DNA from: an uncultured delta proteobacterium
GTDB lineage: Bacteria > Desulfobacterota > Binatia > UBA9968
Assembly (NCBI GenBank): GCA_963804165.1
Contig: CAWDPO010000015.1
Coordinates: 1 to 64,000, forward strand
DNA length: 64,000 nucleotides
Reading direction: 5' to 3'
Of the stretch, positions 24,934 to 35,390 are shown one piece after another. The notes beneath the pieces are model-generated. The model saw only the letters and a program-made list of their open reading frames with translations, made no database searches and was not told where the DNA came from. The stretch's first letter is position 1; the number at the start of each line of letters is the position of its first letter. The translations under genes and the position numbers were made by a program.

Positions 24934-25535
24934 CACGGTCCTTTCCACAGCTTCATCGTGTCCACCTGCGGAACGTCATGGATCTTGTTATGACAGGTCA
25001 GACATGACATGTCATTGGCGCCCAGCTGCTCCCGCATTTCTTTGTGAGGCGAGGTTTCTTCAAACGATCTCGCGCCGTCGTGGCAGTGCAGGCATTCACG
25101 ATTGTTGTAAGGCTCATAAAGAGCGAGCTTTTCCGGGACCGTCCCGAAGTAGTAGACGTAGAGATGCTTGAGGCCGCCGAGCTTGGCGTGTAAGCCGCCA
25201 AACATCGCGTAGTTAGTGTGACAGGTATAACAAGCTTCACTTCGCGAAATGAGATTGTTTTGGAAGTGGAAGGCGGGAAGATAGGTTGGATCGTCAATGC
25301 GCAGACTTTTTCCGTAGGCCTCCATCGGATGGCAGGATAGACAGAAGCTGGTGGATGTGGCCTCTTTGAGATGAACCGCCGAGCCCAATGCTAGCGCGGT
25401 GATCGGCAAAATAAATAGGGCGATAAAGGCTAGAATCTTGCCGCCGGTGACCGCGGTAAGCGACGGCCGAACGATCAGCAGACCGATAAGAACAACGCTC
25501 AGAATAATGAGAATCGTAACGGCGTGGTCTGCCAA
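24933..25535 (-). CDS. NapC/NirT family tetraheme cytochrome c
   Basis: N-terminal TM helices; four CxxCH (CLSCH, CYTCH, CLHCH, CLTCH). Confidence 0.88.
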   Translation of the reverse strand: MADHAVTILIILSVVLIGLLIVRPSLTAVTGGKILAFIALFILPITALALGSAVHLKEATSTSFCLSCHPMEAYGKSLRIDDPTYLPAFHFQNNLISRSEACYTCHTNYAMFGGLHAKLGGLKHLYVYYFGTVPEKLALYEPYNNRECLHCHDGARSFEETSPHKEMREQLGANDMSCLTCHNKIHDVPQVDTMKLWKGP

Positions 25536-26034
25536 TGGCTTATCCTCGAACGTTGTTCCGTGCGGGCGATGCAGAGTTCCTAGGTCGCGTTGGGCAGCAG
25601 AGCTAAGGCTAGTTCAAACATACCCGATACGATGCCTATATATCGCGTCATAAACACTGCGTTCGAAACAGTCAACGTTTAGCATCAGCCAATCGGCATT
25701 TCTAGCGATTGTTATCAGCAAGTGGTGTATGGCGCGTTCGCTCTCAACATTGCGCTATTAGCCTATCGGAGAAATTGCATCTGGCGATTGAAGCGTCGTA
25801 CAGTTCAATCCTGCGGAAGTTTGCGATGGTCTGGCCGAAATAGGCCGCCGATCGTTAGGTAAATAAGCTGCCGTGCCGGTCGGCTTTTTAACGAAAAACT
25901 CTACGTTGACAATCCAGGTGGCTGATGGATATTCCACGCAATTTGAACTTTTATTGTCCAAGGTGTCGCGAGATAAGCCGACCAGTAATTGTCGCTCTCT
26001 ACGGCGGCTCACTTAATAGTTAGGCGGCAACCCG

Positions 26035-26538
26035 ATGTCTACCGGGTTAGAAATCCAAGCTCAAATTGACGCGGAGAATGTCAAAGGCCTCTTGTTGATT
26101 AATGGCGGCGCAGCGGTTGCTTTGTTGGCGGCCCTTCCCCATGTCGTTGACAAACCCGGCTTTGAATCGCTGACTCGTTCAATTCTCTGGAGCCTTTTAG
26201 TGTTTCAAATTGGGCTTGTATTATCAGTAGTACACAACCGACTTCGTCGTATCTGCTCCCTGGAGTACGAACGACACAATTATAGGCCACCGCCTTGTGA
26301 ACGGTTTGGATTACGATTGCGCGAGCCCTGCGTTTGCCACGCCAGTATTCTCTGTATGTGGCTAGCTCTTATAGCCTTTGTTGGTGGTGGCGTAACCGTA
26401 TTCTGGGGTGGTCTGAAGTCCTTGGACGAACGAGCAGCGATAGTTAGGGCCACGAAGGCGGCGACACTGCAGGTTCCGAAAATAGAGCCTAACACCACTG
26501 CGGAGAGGGACCCCGCGAAGCGACGCGCCACTCCGTGA
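26035..26538 (+). CDS. Cassette 1: hypothetical membrane protein
   Basis: LLINGGAAVALLA TM; starts 10 bp after GTTAGGC; reads into its attC. Confidence 0.75.
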   Translation: MSTGLEIQAQIDAENVKGLLLINGGAAVALLAALPHVVDKPGFESLTRSILWSLLVFQIGLVLSVVHNRLRRICSLEYERHNYRPPPCERFGLRLREPCVCHASILCMWLALIAFVGGGVTVFWGGLKSLDERAAIVRATKAATLQVPKIEPNTTAERDPAKRRATP

Positions 26539-26547
26539 ACATTAAAC
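26487..26547 (+). other. attC site (degenerate R': ATTAAAC)
   Basis: GCCTAAC (complements GTTAGGC at 26019); CGGAG...CTCCG arms. Confidence 0.6.
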
Positions 26548-26565
26548 AGTATCGATGACTGAAGT

Positions 26566-27021
26566 ATGACAAGAAGTCGATTGCTACGATTGATCGTGTT
26601 TGTCCCACTTTCCTTTTGGGGTCTAGACACAAACGCTCGCGCAGACACAGCATGGCTGCTTTGGCACCACACCTACACGACCAGGGCACCCAAAGAAGTT
26701 AAGGCAGCAGACTACGAGCGATGGGTGATACAGAACGATTGGGTGATTCTGAACGCCGTTGAAACTCGGGGCGAGTGTCTTTCTTCGCTGCGTGAGGAAT
26801 TTTCTAGAAAACGCGAGTCGATGATTGCCGATGATCCGGGAGGAAAAGTAAACCAGAACCTTTTAGCCGTTGGGGTTAGCGCTTCGCTTTGGAGTGGGCG
26901 AAATATCAAGTTTGGACAACCGAGTACAGAGATGCATCTCGGCCAGGAACATCATTTTTGGTGTCTACCAACGGGCGTTGATCCTAGAACTACTCGGATA
27001 AACTTAATGCCGCAACGGTAA
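26566..27021 (+). CDS. Cassette 2: hypothetical secreted protein
   Basis: Signal peptide, AWLLW motif, C-terminal CLPTGVDPR. Confidence 0.7.
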   Translation: MTRSRLLRLIVFVPLSFWGLDTNARADTAWLLWHHTYTTRAPKEVKAADYERWVIQNDWVILNAVETRGECLSSLREEFSRKRESMIADDPGGKVNQNLLAVGVSASLWSGRNIKFGQPSTEMHLGQEHHFWCLPTGVDPRTTRINLMPQR

Positions 27022-27145
27022 AAAACCATGCTCGGCGCGGCGCATGGTGCACTCGTCGCTCGGTAGCCATGCTGTTACCCGAGCATCGGTCAGACGCCGC
27101 GCAACACATTAGGTTCGTGGGACTTATGCAAAGATTGACTAAAGC

Positions 27146-27226
27146 GCCTAACATTCGGCTTGAAACAGATCTTCGGACCCGCTCGCTTCGCTCGCTAGCC
27201 TCGTCCGTTCAGCCTTTGCGTTAGCC
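27146..27226 (+). other. attC site
   Basis: GCCTAAC...GGCTTGAA...TTCAGCC...GTTAGCC; near copy of 29838..29919. Confidence 0.88.
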
Positions 27227-27242
27227 CGCTTCAGGAGCACTA

Positions 27243-27799
<557 letters not shown>

Positions 27800-27819
27800 C
27801 TTCCCATGACGAGGACGCG

Positions 27820-27912
27820 GCCTAACAGGTCGATCGACCCGGACGACCAGCGGGGTTACGCGGCTTCGCCGCTTCACTCACCACCGGTCGCCGGTCATCT
27901 CCGACGTTAGGC
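27820..27912 (+). other. attC site
   Basis: GCCTAAC...GACCCGGACGACC...GGTCGCCGGTC...GTTAGGC. Confidence 0.88.
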
Positions 27913-28017
27913 CGCCTGAGGCAAAACAGGTGGCGATGACTCATACGACTGTTTACCCGCCATTCTTACGTAGTACACTGAGGGCGGCCGATTCAACCTC
28001 GCAAGAGGATAAAACCA

Positions 28018-29166
28018 ATGAATCCCCTTCCACAGGCAGATTCCGAATTGGAACAGCGAGCGTCGTCCTCTCTGCTGGATGTGTTGATTCGCGCCAGTTT
28101 GATTGGCGTGCTGGCGGTGCTGTGCTACCAAGTCTTTTCGCCATTTCTGACGCTGATGGTCTGGTCAATCATCTTGGCGGTCACGTTGTATCCGTTGCAC
28201 CAATGGCTCGCCCACAAGGTTGGCGGGAAGCAATGGCTCGCCTCGACTATTCTGGTGATCGTCGGCCTTTTGTTGATCATCACTCCGATGGCGTTGCTGA
28301 TGAATTCGTTTGCCGACTCCGTTCGTCATTTTATCGGCGCTGTGCAACAAAACACGCTGGCAATACCCGCCCCGCGAGAGGGCGTTGAAAAATGGCCCCT
28401 AGTTGGCAAGCAGATCCACGATGTCTGGTCGAAAGCTCATACCGACCTGCCCGGATTCGTGCGGAGCATGCAACCGAAGATCGGCGACTTGGCCCAGAAA
28501 GCAGTTGCTATGGTCGCAAGCATTGGCAGCGGCCTGTTGCTGTTTCTAGTCTCATTCCTCGTCGCCAGCATCCTGATGGCATACGGTGAATCAGGCGCGC
28601 GCGGCAGCCGGGCGATTTTCGTTCGTGTCGCTGGCGCGGCGAGAGGCGAGGCCCTCGCCAAACTCTCCACGGCAACCATCCGCGCCGTCGCGCTAGGCGT
28701 CATCGGCGTCGCCTTCATTCAGGCAATCCTCATCGGGTTGGCGCTGCTGCTCGCCGGCGTACCGGCGGCGGGCGTGTTGTCGGCCATCGCGCTCGTAATG
28801 GGTATTGCCCAAGTGCCAGCCCTAATCGTCACGGTTCCAGCCATCATTTACATCTGGTCGAGTGGTGATTACCGCACCGCGGCGGCGATCACACATACCA
28901 TCATCCTGCTGCTGACCGGCATGGCTGACAACGTTTTGAAACCGCTGATGCTGGGTCGCGGCGTCGACGCACCCATGCCGGTGATCCTGCTCGGCGCATT
29001 GGGCGGTATGGCGAGCGGCGGAATTTTAGGAATGTTTGTCGGCGCGACGTTGTTGGCGCTTGGGTATCAAATCTTCATGGGTTGGATCGCCACCAGTCCA
29101 AACTCGGATCCGGCAGTGTCACAAAACGAAGAGACTGGACCGGGCAATATTGGCCCAAAAACTTAA
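28018..29166 (+). CDS. Cassette 4: AI-2E family transporter
   Basis: Intact 382 aa; DNVLKPLMLGRGVDAPMPVILLGALGG. Confidence 0.92.
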   Translation: MNPLPQADSELEQRASSSLLDVLIRASLIGVLAVLCYQVFSPFLTLMVWSIILAVTLYPLHQWLAHKVGGKQWLASTILVIVGLLLIITPMALLMNSFADSVRHFIGAVQQNTLAIPAPREGVEKWPLVGKQIHDVWSKAHTDLPGFVRSMQPKIGDLAQKAVAMVASIGSGLLLFLVSFLVASILMAYGESGARGSRAIFVRVAGAARGEALAKLSTATIRAVALGVIGVAFIQAILIGLALLLAGVPAAGVLSAIALVMGIAQVPALIVTVPAIIYIWSSGDYRTAAAITHTIILLLTGMADNVLKPLMLGRGVDAPMPVILLGALGGMASGGILGMFVGATLLALGYQIFMGWIATSPNSDPAVSQNEETGPGNIGPKT

Positions 29167-29200
29167 AGCCGTGTCCGATGTTCGGACAGTTCGGTTAGCG

Positions 29201-29309
29201 GCTTGACAACTCATTCAACCGGAGCCCGCGATAGCTCTCTTTTCATGATTGCTCTTTGCCATAAACTTGGATGTTGCTCGCGCGGGCCCGGTTAATTCGG
29301 TCGTTAAGC
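29201..29309 (+). other. attC site
   Basis: GCTTGAC...AACCGGAGCCCGCG...CGCGGGCCCGGTT...GTTAAGC. Confidence 0.8.
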
Positions 29310-29315
29310 CGACAG

Positions 29316-29843
29316 ATGCAAACTGCCGCAATCCGGAAAGCCACAGTTGATGATGCTTCCGGGATTGCATCAGTTCACGTGCGCTCATGGCAGGTCGCTT
29401 ATCGAGGGTACATGCCCGATGACTTTCTCGACGGCCTTGACGTGGAAAAACGAACAAATATGTGGCGTGAATTGACCCAGGATCCGGACAAGATCATTTT
29501 CATCGGTGAATATACCGAAGACAACATAGTGGGGTTCTCTGCGCTCGGCTCTTCACGCGACCCAGATGCTAATCCGAGCACGGCAGAGGTTAGCGCAATT
29601 TATGTTCATCCGGAGAAATGGGGAAAAGGAATTGGTCGCGCATTGCTCTCCGCGTCACTCGGCGAAGTTCGAAAGCGCGGATTTGACCAACTTACTTTGT
29701 GGGTATTAGAAGCAAACCAACGAGCACGCACTTTTTACGAATCGTTTGGATTTATCCAGGATGGTGCCGTAAAGGATGACGACCATTGGAAAAACTTTAC
29801 GATACGTGAGATTCGTTACCGGCTTAATCTGCGAGCGACCTAA
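29316..29843 (+). CDS. Cassette 5: GNAT N-acetyltransferase
   Basis: IYVHPEKWGKGIGRALL, WVLEANQRARTFYESFGF; TAA stop lies inside ACCTAAC. Confidence 0.92.
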   Translation: MQTAAIRKATVDDASGIASVHVRSWQVAYRGYMPDDFLDGLDVEKRTNMWRELTQDPDKIIFIGEYTEDNIVGFSALGSSRDPDANPSTAEVSAIYVHPEKWGKGIGRALLSASLGEVRKRGFDQLTLWVLEANQRARTFYESFGFIQDGAVKDDDHWKNFTIREIRYRLNLRAT

Positions 29844-29919
29844 CAATAGGCTTGAAACGGATCTTCGAACCTGCTCGCTTCGCTCGCTGGTCTCGTCCGT
29901 TCAGCCTTGATCGTTAGCG
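29838..29919 (+). other. attC site
   Basis: ACCTAAC...GGCTTGAAACGGA...TCCGTTCAGCC...GTTAGCG. Confidence 0.88.
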
Positions 29920-29932
29920 CGAGGAGAGAGAT

Positions 29933-30757
29933 ATGGCCGAAATCAGCATCGAGGGACGGCGCGTCTCCTACTTCGAGTGCGGATCGGGCGCACCCGTTGT
30001 CTTGCTGCATGCTGGCGCGGGCTCCGGAAAGCAATGGCTGAAGACCGCCCGGCTACTTGAGGCGCGGTTTCAAGTGATCGTACCTGATCTCTGGGGGTTC
30101 GGAGGTACCGAGAAGTGGTCCGGAGAACACGAGCTGACACACGATGACCAGGCGCTCCTTGTTGTTGGTGTTATTGAGCATCTCTGCAAGGAACCGGTCC
30201 ACATTGTCGGACACTCCTACGGAGGCGCGACGGCCGTACGGGTCATACTCCAGAAAAGGGAGCTCGTGCGGACCGCGGTTCTCATCGAGCCAATCTTGAC
30301 ACCCTTGCTCGCGCTTGCGGGCGAAGAGAACCACTTTCGCGAGTACTTCGACATGGCCCAGGGATTCTTGGGAGATGTCGCCGCTGGAAAGTTGGACGAG
30401 GGATGGCGAGGCTTCCTTGACTATCGCAACGGCCCGGGCACTTGGGAAGCATTGTCCGAAGCGCCGAGGGAGCGCTTTCGGGAGGCCACAGAGAGCACCG
30501 TAGCTGCCTTTCGATCGAACCTAAATAATCCCACTTCGATTAAAGACCTTGAGCAGCTATCGCTTCCGACGCTCGTGATGTGTGGCGAGAAAACGACTGT
30601 TCCGGACCGACGACTGACAGAGATTCTTCGAGACTATATTCCGCAGTGCCGATATGAAATCATTCCAGGCGCAGAGCACATGTCACCGCTCAGTCACCCT
30701 GCATTCATCGCTGAGGCCGTCGAGCGTCACATCAATGTTGGGACCGTTCAGCCGTAA
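29933..30757 (+). CDS. Cassette 6: alpha/beta hydrolase
   Basis: PDLWGFG, GHSYGG nucleophile elbow, GAEHMSP. Confidence 0.9.
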   Translation: MAEISIEGRRVSYFECGSGAPVVLLHAGAGSGKQWLKTARLLEARFQVIVPDLWGFGGTEKWSGEHELTHDDQALLVVGVIEHLCKEPVHIVGHSYGGATAVRVILQKRELVRTAVLIEPILTPLLALAGEENHFREYFDMAQGFLGDVAAGKLDEGWRGFLDYRNGPGTWEALSEAPRERFREATESTVAAFRSNLNNPTSIKDLEQLSLPTLVMCGEKTTVPDRRLTEILRDYIPQCRYEIIPGAEHMSPLSHPAFIAEAVERHINVGTVQP

Positions 30758-30776
30758 AGGGGAGCCCCGAGTTCTT

Positions 30777-30834
30777 GGCTAACAAGGGCATAGAGCCGAC
30801 CGCAGGAGCGTGCGGCTGAAGCCGGGCGTTAGAC
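30777..30834 (+). other. attC site (short, 58 bp)
   Basis: GGCTAAC...AGCCG..CGCA..TGCGGCT...GTTAGAC. Confidence 0.8.
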
Positions 30835-30879
30835 CCGCGATCCAGGAACCGCCAAGATAACCAAAGTTAAGCGCCCCCG

Positions 30880-31908
30880 ATGTCTCACTCTCGTCTTGCT
30901 TTGATAGTGGTGGCTCTTCTGGGCTTTGTCCAGTGCGCTTTGAGCGGTCCGCAGGACGCAACCGCTCGGGATCAACAACCGGCTCGTCTGCAGGCCGAAT
31001 TTGATCGTTTGGCGGAAACTGTAGGCGGCACTGTAGGCGTCGGCGTCCTGCACATCGAAACTGACCGAGAGATCTATCTCAATCGTACCGTGCGGTTTCC
31101 AATGGGCAGCATCTTCAAGATTCCGCTTGCAGTTCAACTCCTGGCGCTTGTGGACCAGGGGGCGGTTGCCCTGGACAAGACCATCGTCCTTCAACCGAGC
31201 GACCTTCGTCCGGGTAGCAGCAAGCTGGCGAAGGCTTTTGGCGAGCCTCGGAACATATCCCTTCGCCAGCTTCTCGAGACGATGCTTATTGACAGCGACA
31301 ACAGCGCGACTGACATCCTATGGAAAGAAGCCGGAGGGTCTGAGGCTGTCATGGCCCGCCTTGCAGCGCTTGCAATCCAGGGAATGTCGGTAAACCGCCC
31401 AACGGCCCTGCTGCTGGCCGCCGCTGCAGGACTGGGGCCACTTCCGCCGGGCACTGAATTGACCCCAGCGCGATTTCAGGAACTCGTCCGGAAAGTCCCG
31501 CGGACGAAGCGAACCGCCGAAATGGCCGAGTTCTTCAAGGACGACCGTGACACGGCAACACCGGAAGCCTTGGTTGTTTTTCTCTCGAAGATTTGGCGTC
31601 AAGAAGCACTAAGCCCCACCCAGACCGCGCTCCTGATCGACATCATGAATCGATGCGATACCGGCAAGGGACGGCTCAGAGGGAGGTTGCCACTGTGGAC
31701 AAAGGTAGCCCACAAGACAGGCACGCTACGTCCCAGCGTTACGAATGACGCCGGAATCATTTCGCTACCAGGCGGCACGGGACACGTCGCCGTTGCAGTG
31801 CTGATCAAGGAGTCTGCAAAGGACCTCGCAACCCAGGAGCGCGCGATTGCTGAAATTGCGCGGGCGATCTACGACCATTTCGTAAGCGGTCCGGGGCGCG
31901 CCAACTGA
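30880..31908 (+). CDS. Cassette 7: class A beta-lactamase-like protein
   Basis: Signal peptide, FPMGSIFK (SxxK), SDN, DDRDT, HKTGT. Confidence 0.9.
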   Translation: MSHSRLALIVVALLGFVQCALSGPQDATARDQQPARLQAEFDRLAETVGGTVGVGVLHIETDREIYLNRTVRFPMGSIFKIPLAVQLLALVDQGAVALDKTIVLQPSDLRPGSSKLAKAFGEPRNISLRQLLETMLIDSDNSATDILWKEAGGSEAVMARLAALAIQGMSVNRPTALLLAAAAGLGPLPPGTELTPARFQELVRKVPRTKRTAEMAEFFKDDRDTATPEALVVFLSKIWRQEALSPTQTALLIDIMNRCDTGKGRLRGRLPLWTKVAHKTGTLRPSVTNDAGIISLPGGTGHVAVAVLIKESAKDLATQERAIAEIARAIYDHFVSGPGRAN

Positions 31909-31934
31909 ATGCCACACTACAATCGTAAGCTGCA

Positions 31935-32020
31935 GTCTAACTTCAGGTAGTGCGGACGGGCGGCAGCGTTCGTGCATCATGGCGCACCGTGCTCGTCTGC
32001 CGCACACCACGACGTTAAAA
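31935..32020 (+). other. attC site (last in array)
   Basis: GTCTAAC (complements GTTAGAC at 30828); GTGCGGACGGGC...GCTCGTCTGCCGCAC; GTTAAAA. Confidence 0.82.
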
Positions 32021-32215
32021 TACCCATCACCGACACTTTTCTCAGCGACGGTTGCGGTCTCGGACGTTTAAGCTGCTCTGAAATGCGCCGCCAATGAGAA
32101 ACAAGAATTCTCAATTAGTTTTTTGTTCTGCTACGAACCGACGATCCTTATTTCTTAGCAAGTCAATGAACCCTTCCTGAAGCTGCCATCGGCCGTTTTT
32201 TGTCTCCGTTCTCTT

Positions 32216-35200
32216 ATGTCCCTCTACGTACCACTATGGTGTAAGAGCAATTTTTCTTTTCTCGAAGGCGCGAGTCATCCGGACGAATTGGTGGACGAAG
32301 CCCATCGGCTTGGACTGCCGGCGATTGCGCTGACCGACCGAGACGGCGTTTACGGCGTCGTGCGCGCGCATGTGAAGGCGCGTGACCTGGGCATGAAGCT
32401 CATCATCGGCTCCGAGGTCACGGTGGAAAATAATTCCACGATCGTGCTGCTGGCGCAGGACCGCGGCGGCTATGCAAATCTCTGTAGGCTCATTACCAAA
32501 GGACGACTGCGTTCGGAGAAAGGCGAGAGTGCAGTCGGTTGGGATGAAATTTGCGCACATGCAGCGGGATTGGTTGCGTTGTGGAGCGGTCAGGACACGA
32601 ATCTGGATTCCCGCTTTCGCGGGAATGACGGAAAAAAAAGCGAAAGCGGACGGGCCAACATCGCTGCCGGTTCGGATCAAGTCGTCGGCGATTTGCACGA
32701 CGCTTTCGCTGATCGGCTTTATGGCCTGATGGCGCGGCACCGGCGCGAGGAAGAAATCAATCAGGAAGTGCGTTTGCGCGCACGGGCGGCGCGATTTGAC
32801 ATTCCGTTAGTCGCAGCCAACGAGGTGCTCTATCACAGCGCTGCGCGCCGCCGTTTGCAGGATGTGCTGACGGCGATTCGCCACGGCATCCCGGTCGCGT
32901 CTTGCGGCACGAAATTAAAGCCAAATGCCGAATATGGATTAAAGCCGCCTTACGCTTTTGGGCGTCTTTTCGGCGACGAACCCGCGGCGATCGATCGGAC
33001 ACTGGAAATTGCCGAGCGCTGTAATTTCTCTCTCAACGAAATTCGCTATCGTTATCCGTCGGAGCAGTTGCCGGACGGCACGACATCGGCCGGGTGGCTA
33101 AGGCGGCAGACATTGAACGGCGCGCGGCGGCGCTATGGCGAGCGGATTCCGAATGACGTTGCAACGCAGATCGACAAAGAGCTGGAGATCATCGAGGCGC
33201 TCGATTATCCCGGTTATTTCCTCACCATGTGGGAGATTGTCGAGTTCTGTCGCGCCCACGATATTCTCTGCCAAGGCCGCGGCTCGGCAGCGAACTCCGC
33301 CGTCTGTTATTGCTTGGGCGTAACCGCTGTTGATCCGGTGCGCATGAAATTGCTGTTCGAGCGCTTTATCTCCAAAGAACGCGCCGAGCCGCCGGACATC
33401 GATCTCGATATCGAACATGACCGGCGCGAAGAAGTGATCCAGCACGTCTATCAAAAATACGGCCGCGACCGCGCCGCGATGGTCGCCAACGTGGTGCGCT
33501 ACCGCTCGCGCTCGGCATTGCGCGACGTCGGCAAGGCTTTAGGACTTTCCGAAACCGCTCTCGATCGAGTGGCGAAGTTTCTTTCTTCCTACGAGAACGT
33601 GCGGCCCGAAGTGCTCGCACAGATGGGCATCGATCCGACCGACGGCTTGCACGAGCATTTGCTTCAGATCTCCAATGAGATTTTAGATTTTCCACGCCAC
33701 TTGTCGATTCACCCTGGCGGCTTTCTGCTCGGCCACGAGCCGGTGCACGACATGGTGCCGATCGAGAATGCGACCATGCCGGAGCGTACGGTGATTCAGT
33801 GGGACAAGCTCGACGTCGAGGATCTGGGACTGTTCAAAGTCGATTTGCTTGGTCTTGGCGGCCTTACGCAGCTCGATCTCTGCTTCAAGCTTTTGCGCGA
33901 GCATCGCGGCGTCGAGCTGTCGATGGCGACGATTCCCGCGGACGATAAACTGACGTTCGACATGATCTGCATGAGCGACACCGTGGGCGTGTTTCAAATC
34001 GAAAGCCGCGCGCAGATGGCGATGTTGCCACGGCTGAAGCCACGAAATTTTTACGACCTCGTGATCGAGATCAGTATCGTTCGACCCGGGCCGATCACCG
34101 GCGGCATGGTGCACCCATATCTGCGCCGGCGCCAAAACAAGGAAGTGGCGAAATCTCCCCATCCGTTATTGGACACTGTGTTGGAGAAAACCCTCGGGGT
34201 GCCGCTGTTCCAAGAACAAGTGATGCGGCTCGCGATGGTGGTGGCGGATTATACGCCGGGTGAAGCCGACCAATTGCGCCGCGACATGGCGGCGTGGCAT
34301 CGCACCGGACGGATGGAGCGCCATCGCGAGCGGCTGATCACGCGCATGCAATCGAAAGGCATCGCCGTCGAATTCGCCGAGCGCGTGTTTGAGCAGATTC
34401 GTGGTTTCGGCGAGTACGGTTTTCCCGAAAGTCACGCAGCGAGCTTTGCGCTGATTGCTTACGCTACAGCTTGGCTCAAATGCCACTATCCGGCGGAGTT
34501 CGCCTGTGCGTTGCTCAACGCTCAGCCCATGGGATTTTACATGCCGGCGACGATTGTCGAGGACGCCAAACGCCACGACGTTGCCGTTCGGTCTCTCGAC
34601 GCGCAAATCAGCGAGTGGGATTGCACTCTGGAGCCGTGCGCTGAAAGTAGCGGCGGTTTCGCCGTGCGCATGGGGCTCAGATATGTGAAGGGACTCGGCG
34701 AAGGAGAATGGGACAGAATCGTCGAAGCACGCGGCGTTGCGGCGTACGCATCACTACGGGATTTTGCCCGATGCACCGGGTTGGATGAAGGCTCTCTTAC
34801 CGCGTTGGCGGAGGCGGGGGCGTTCGATAGCTTTGGCATCGACCGGCGCACGGCGCTCTGGGATGTGCGGCGCTGGCACGTGCGCAGAAAGATTCTTTGT
34901 CATTGCCGGCGCGCGAGCGCCAACCGGAGTTCGCGCCTTTGACCGACTTCGAAGAAGTCGGCTGGGATTATCGCCGCACCTCGCACAGCGCGCGGCGCCA
35001 TCCGCTCGAACCGATGCGCGCCGAGTTTGATTCGCCAAGGTCTTCCGGATGCGCGCACGGTCGCGGCGATGAAAAACGGTGAGAAGATTCGCTACGCCGG
35101 TTTGGTGATTTGCCGGCAACGGCCCGGAACCGCGGGCGGTGTGGTGTTTATGACGCTCGAAGATGAAACCGGTTTCGTAAACGTCGGTGATTTGGGAAAG

Positions 35201-35363
35201 CGTATTTCAACGCTATGCGGTGTTGGCGAAGACCGTGAGCTTTCTCGGCATCACCGGCAAGCTGCAAGTCGAAGACGGAGTCGTGCATCTGGTGGCGGAA
35301 GAATTATGGGAGCCGCGAGTGGAGCTAAAACCGGCGAGCACGCGCAGCCGGGATTTTCATTAG
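32216..35363 (+). CDS. dnaE2: Error-prone DNA polymerase DnaE2/ImuC (3' frameshifts)
   Basis: [15 protein letters not shown] start, [28 protein letters not shown]-terminal SRDFH. Confidence 0.95.
32603..32629. repeat. REP-like palindrome inside dnaE2
   Basis: CTGGATTCCCGCTTTCGCGGGAATGAC; related to the intergenic copy at 48385. Confidence 0.8.
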
Positions 35364-35390
35364 AAAGGGAAATTTCACCACAGAGGCGCA

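Noticed and set aside
25540-26018. Possible intI upstream of the array
   Set aside because: No ORF with tyrosine-recombinase motifs, and too little space.
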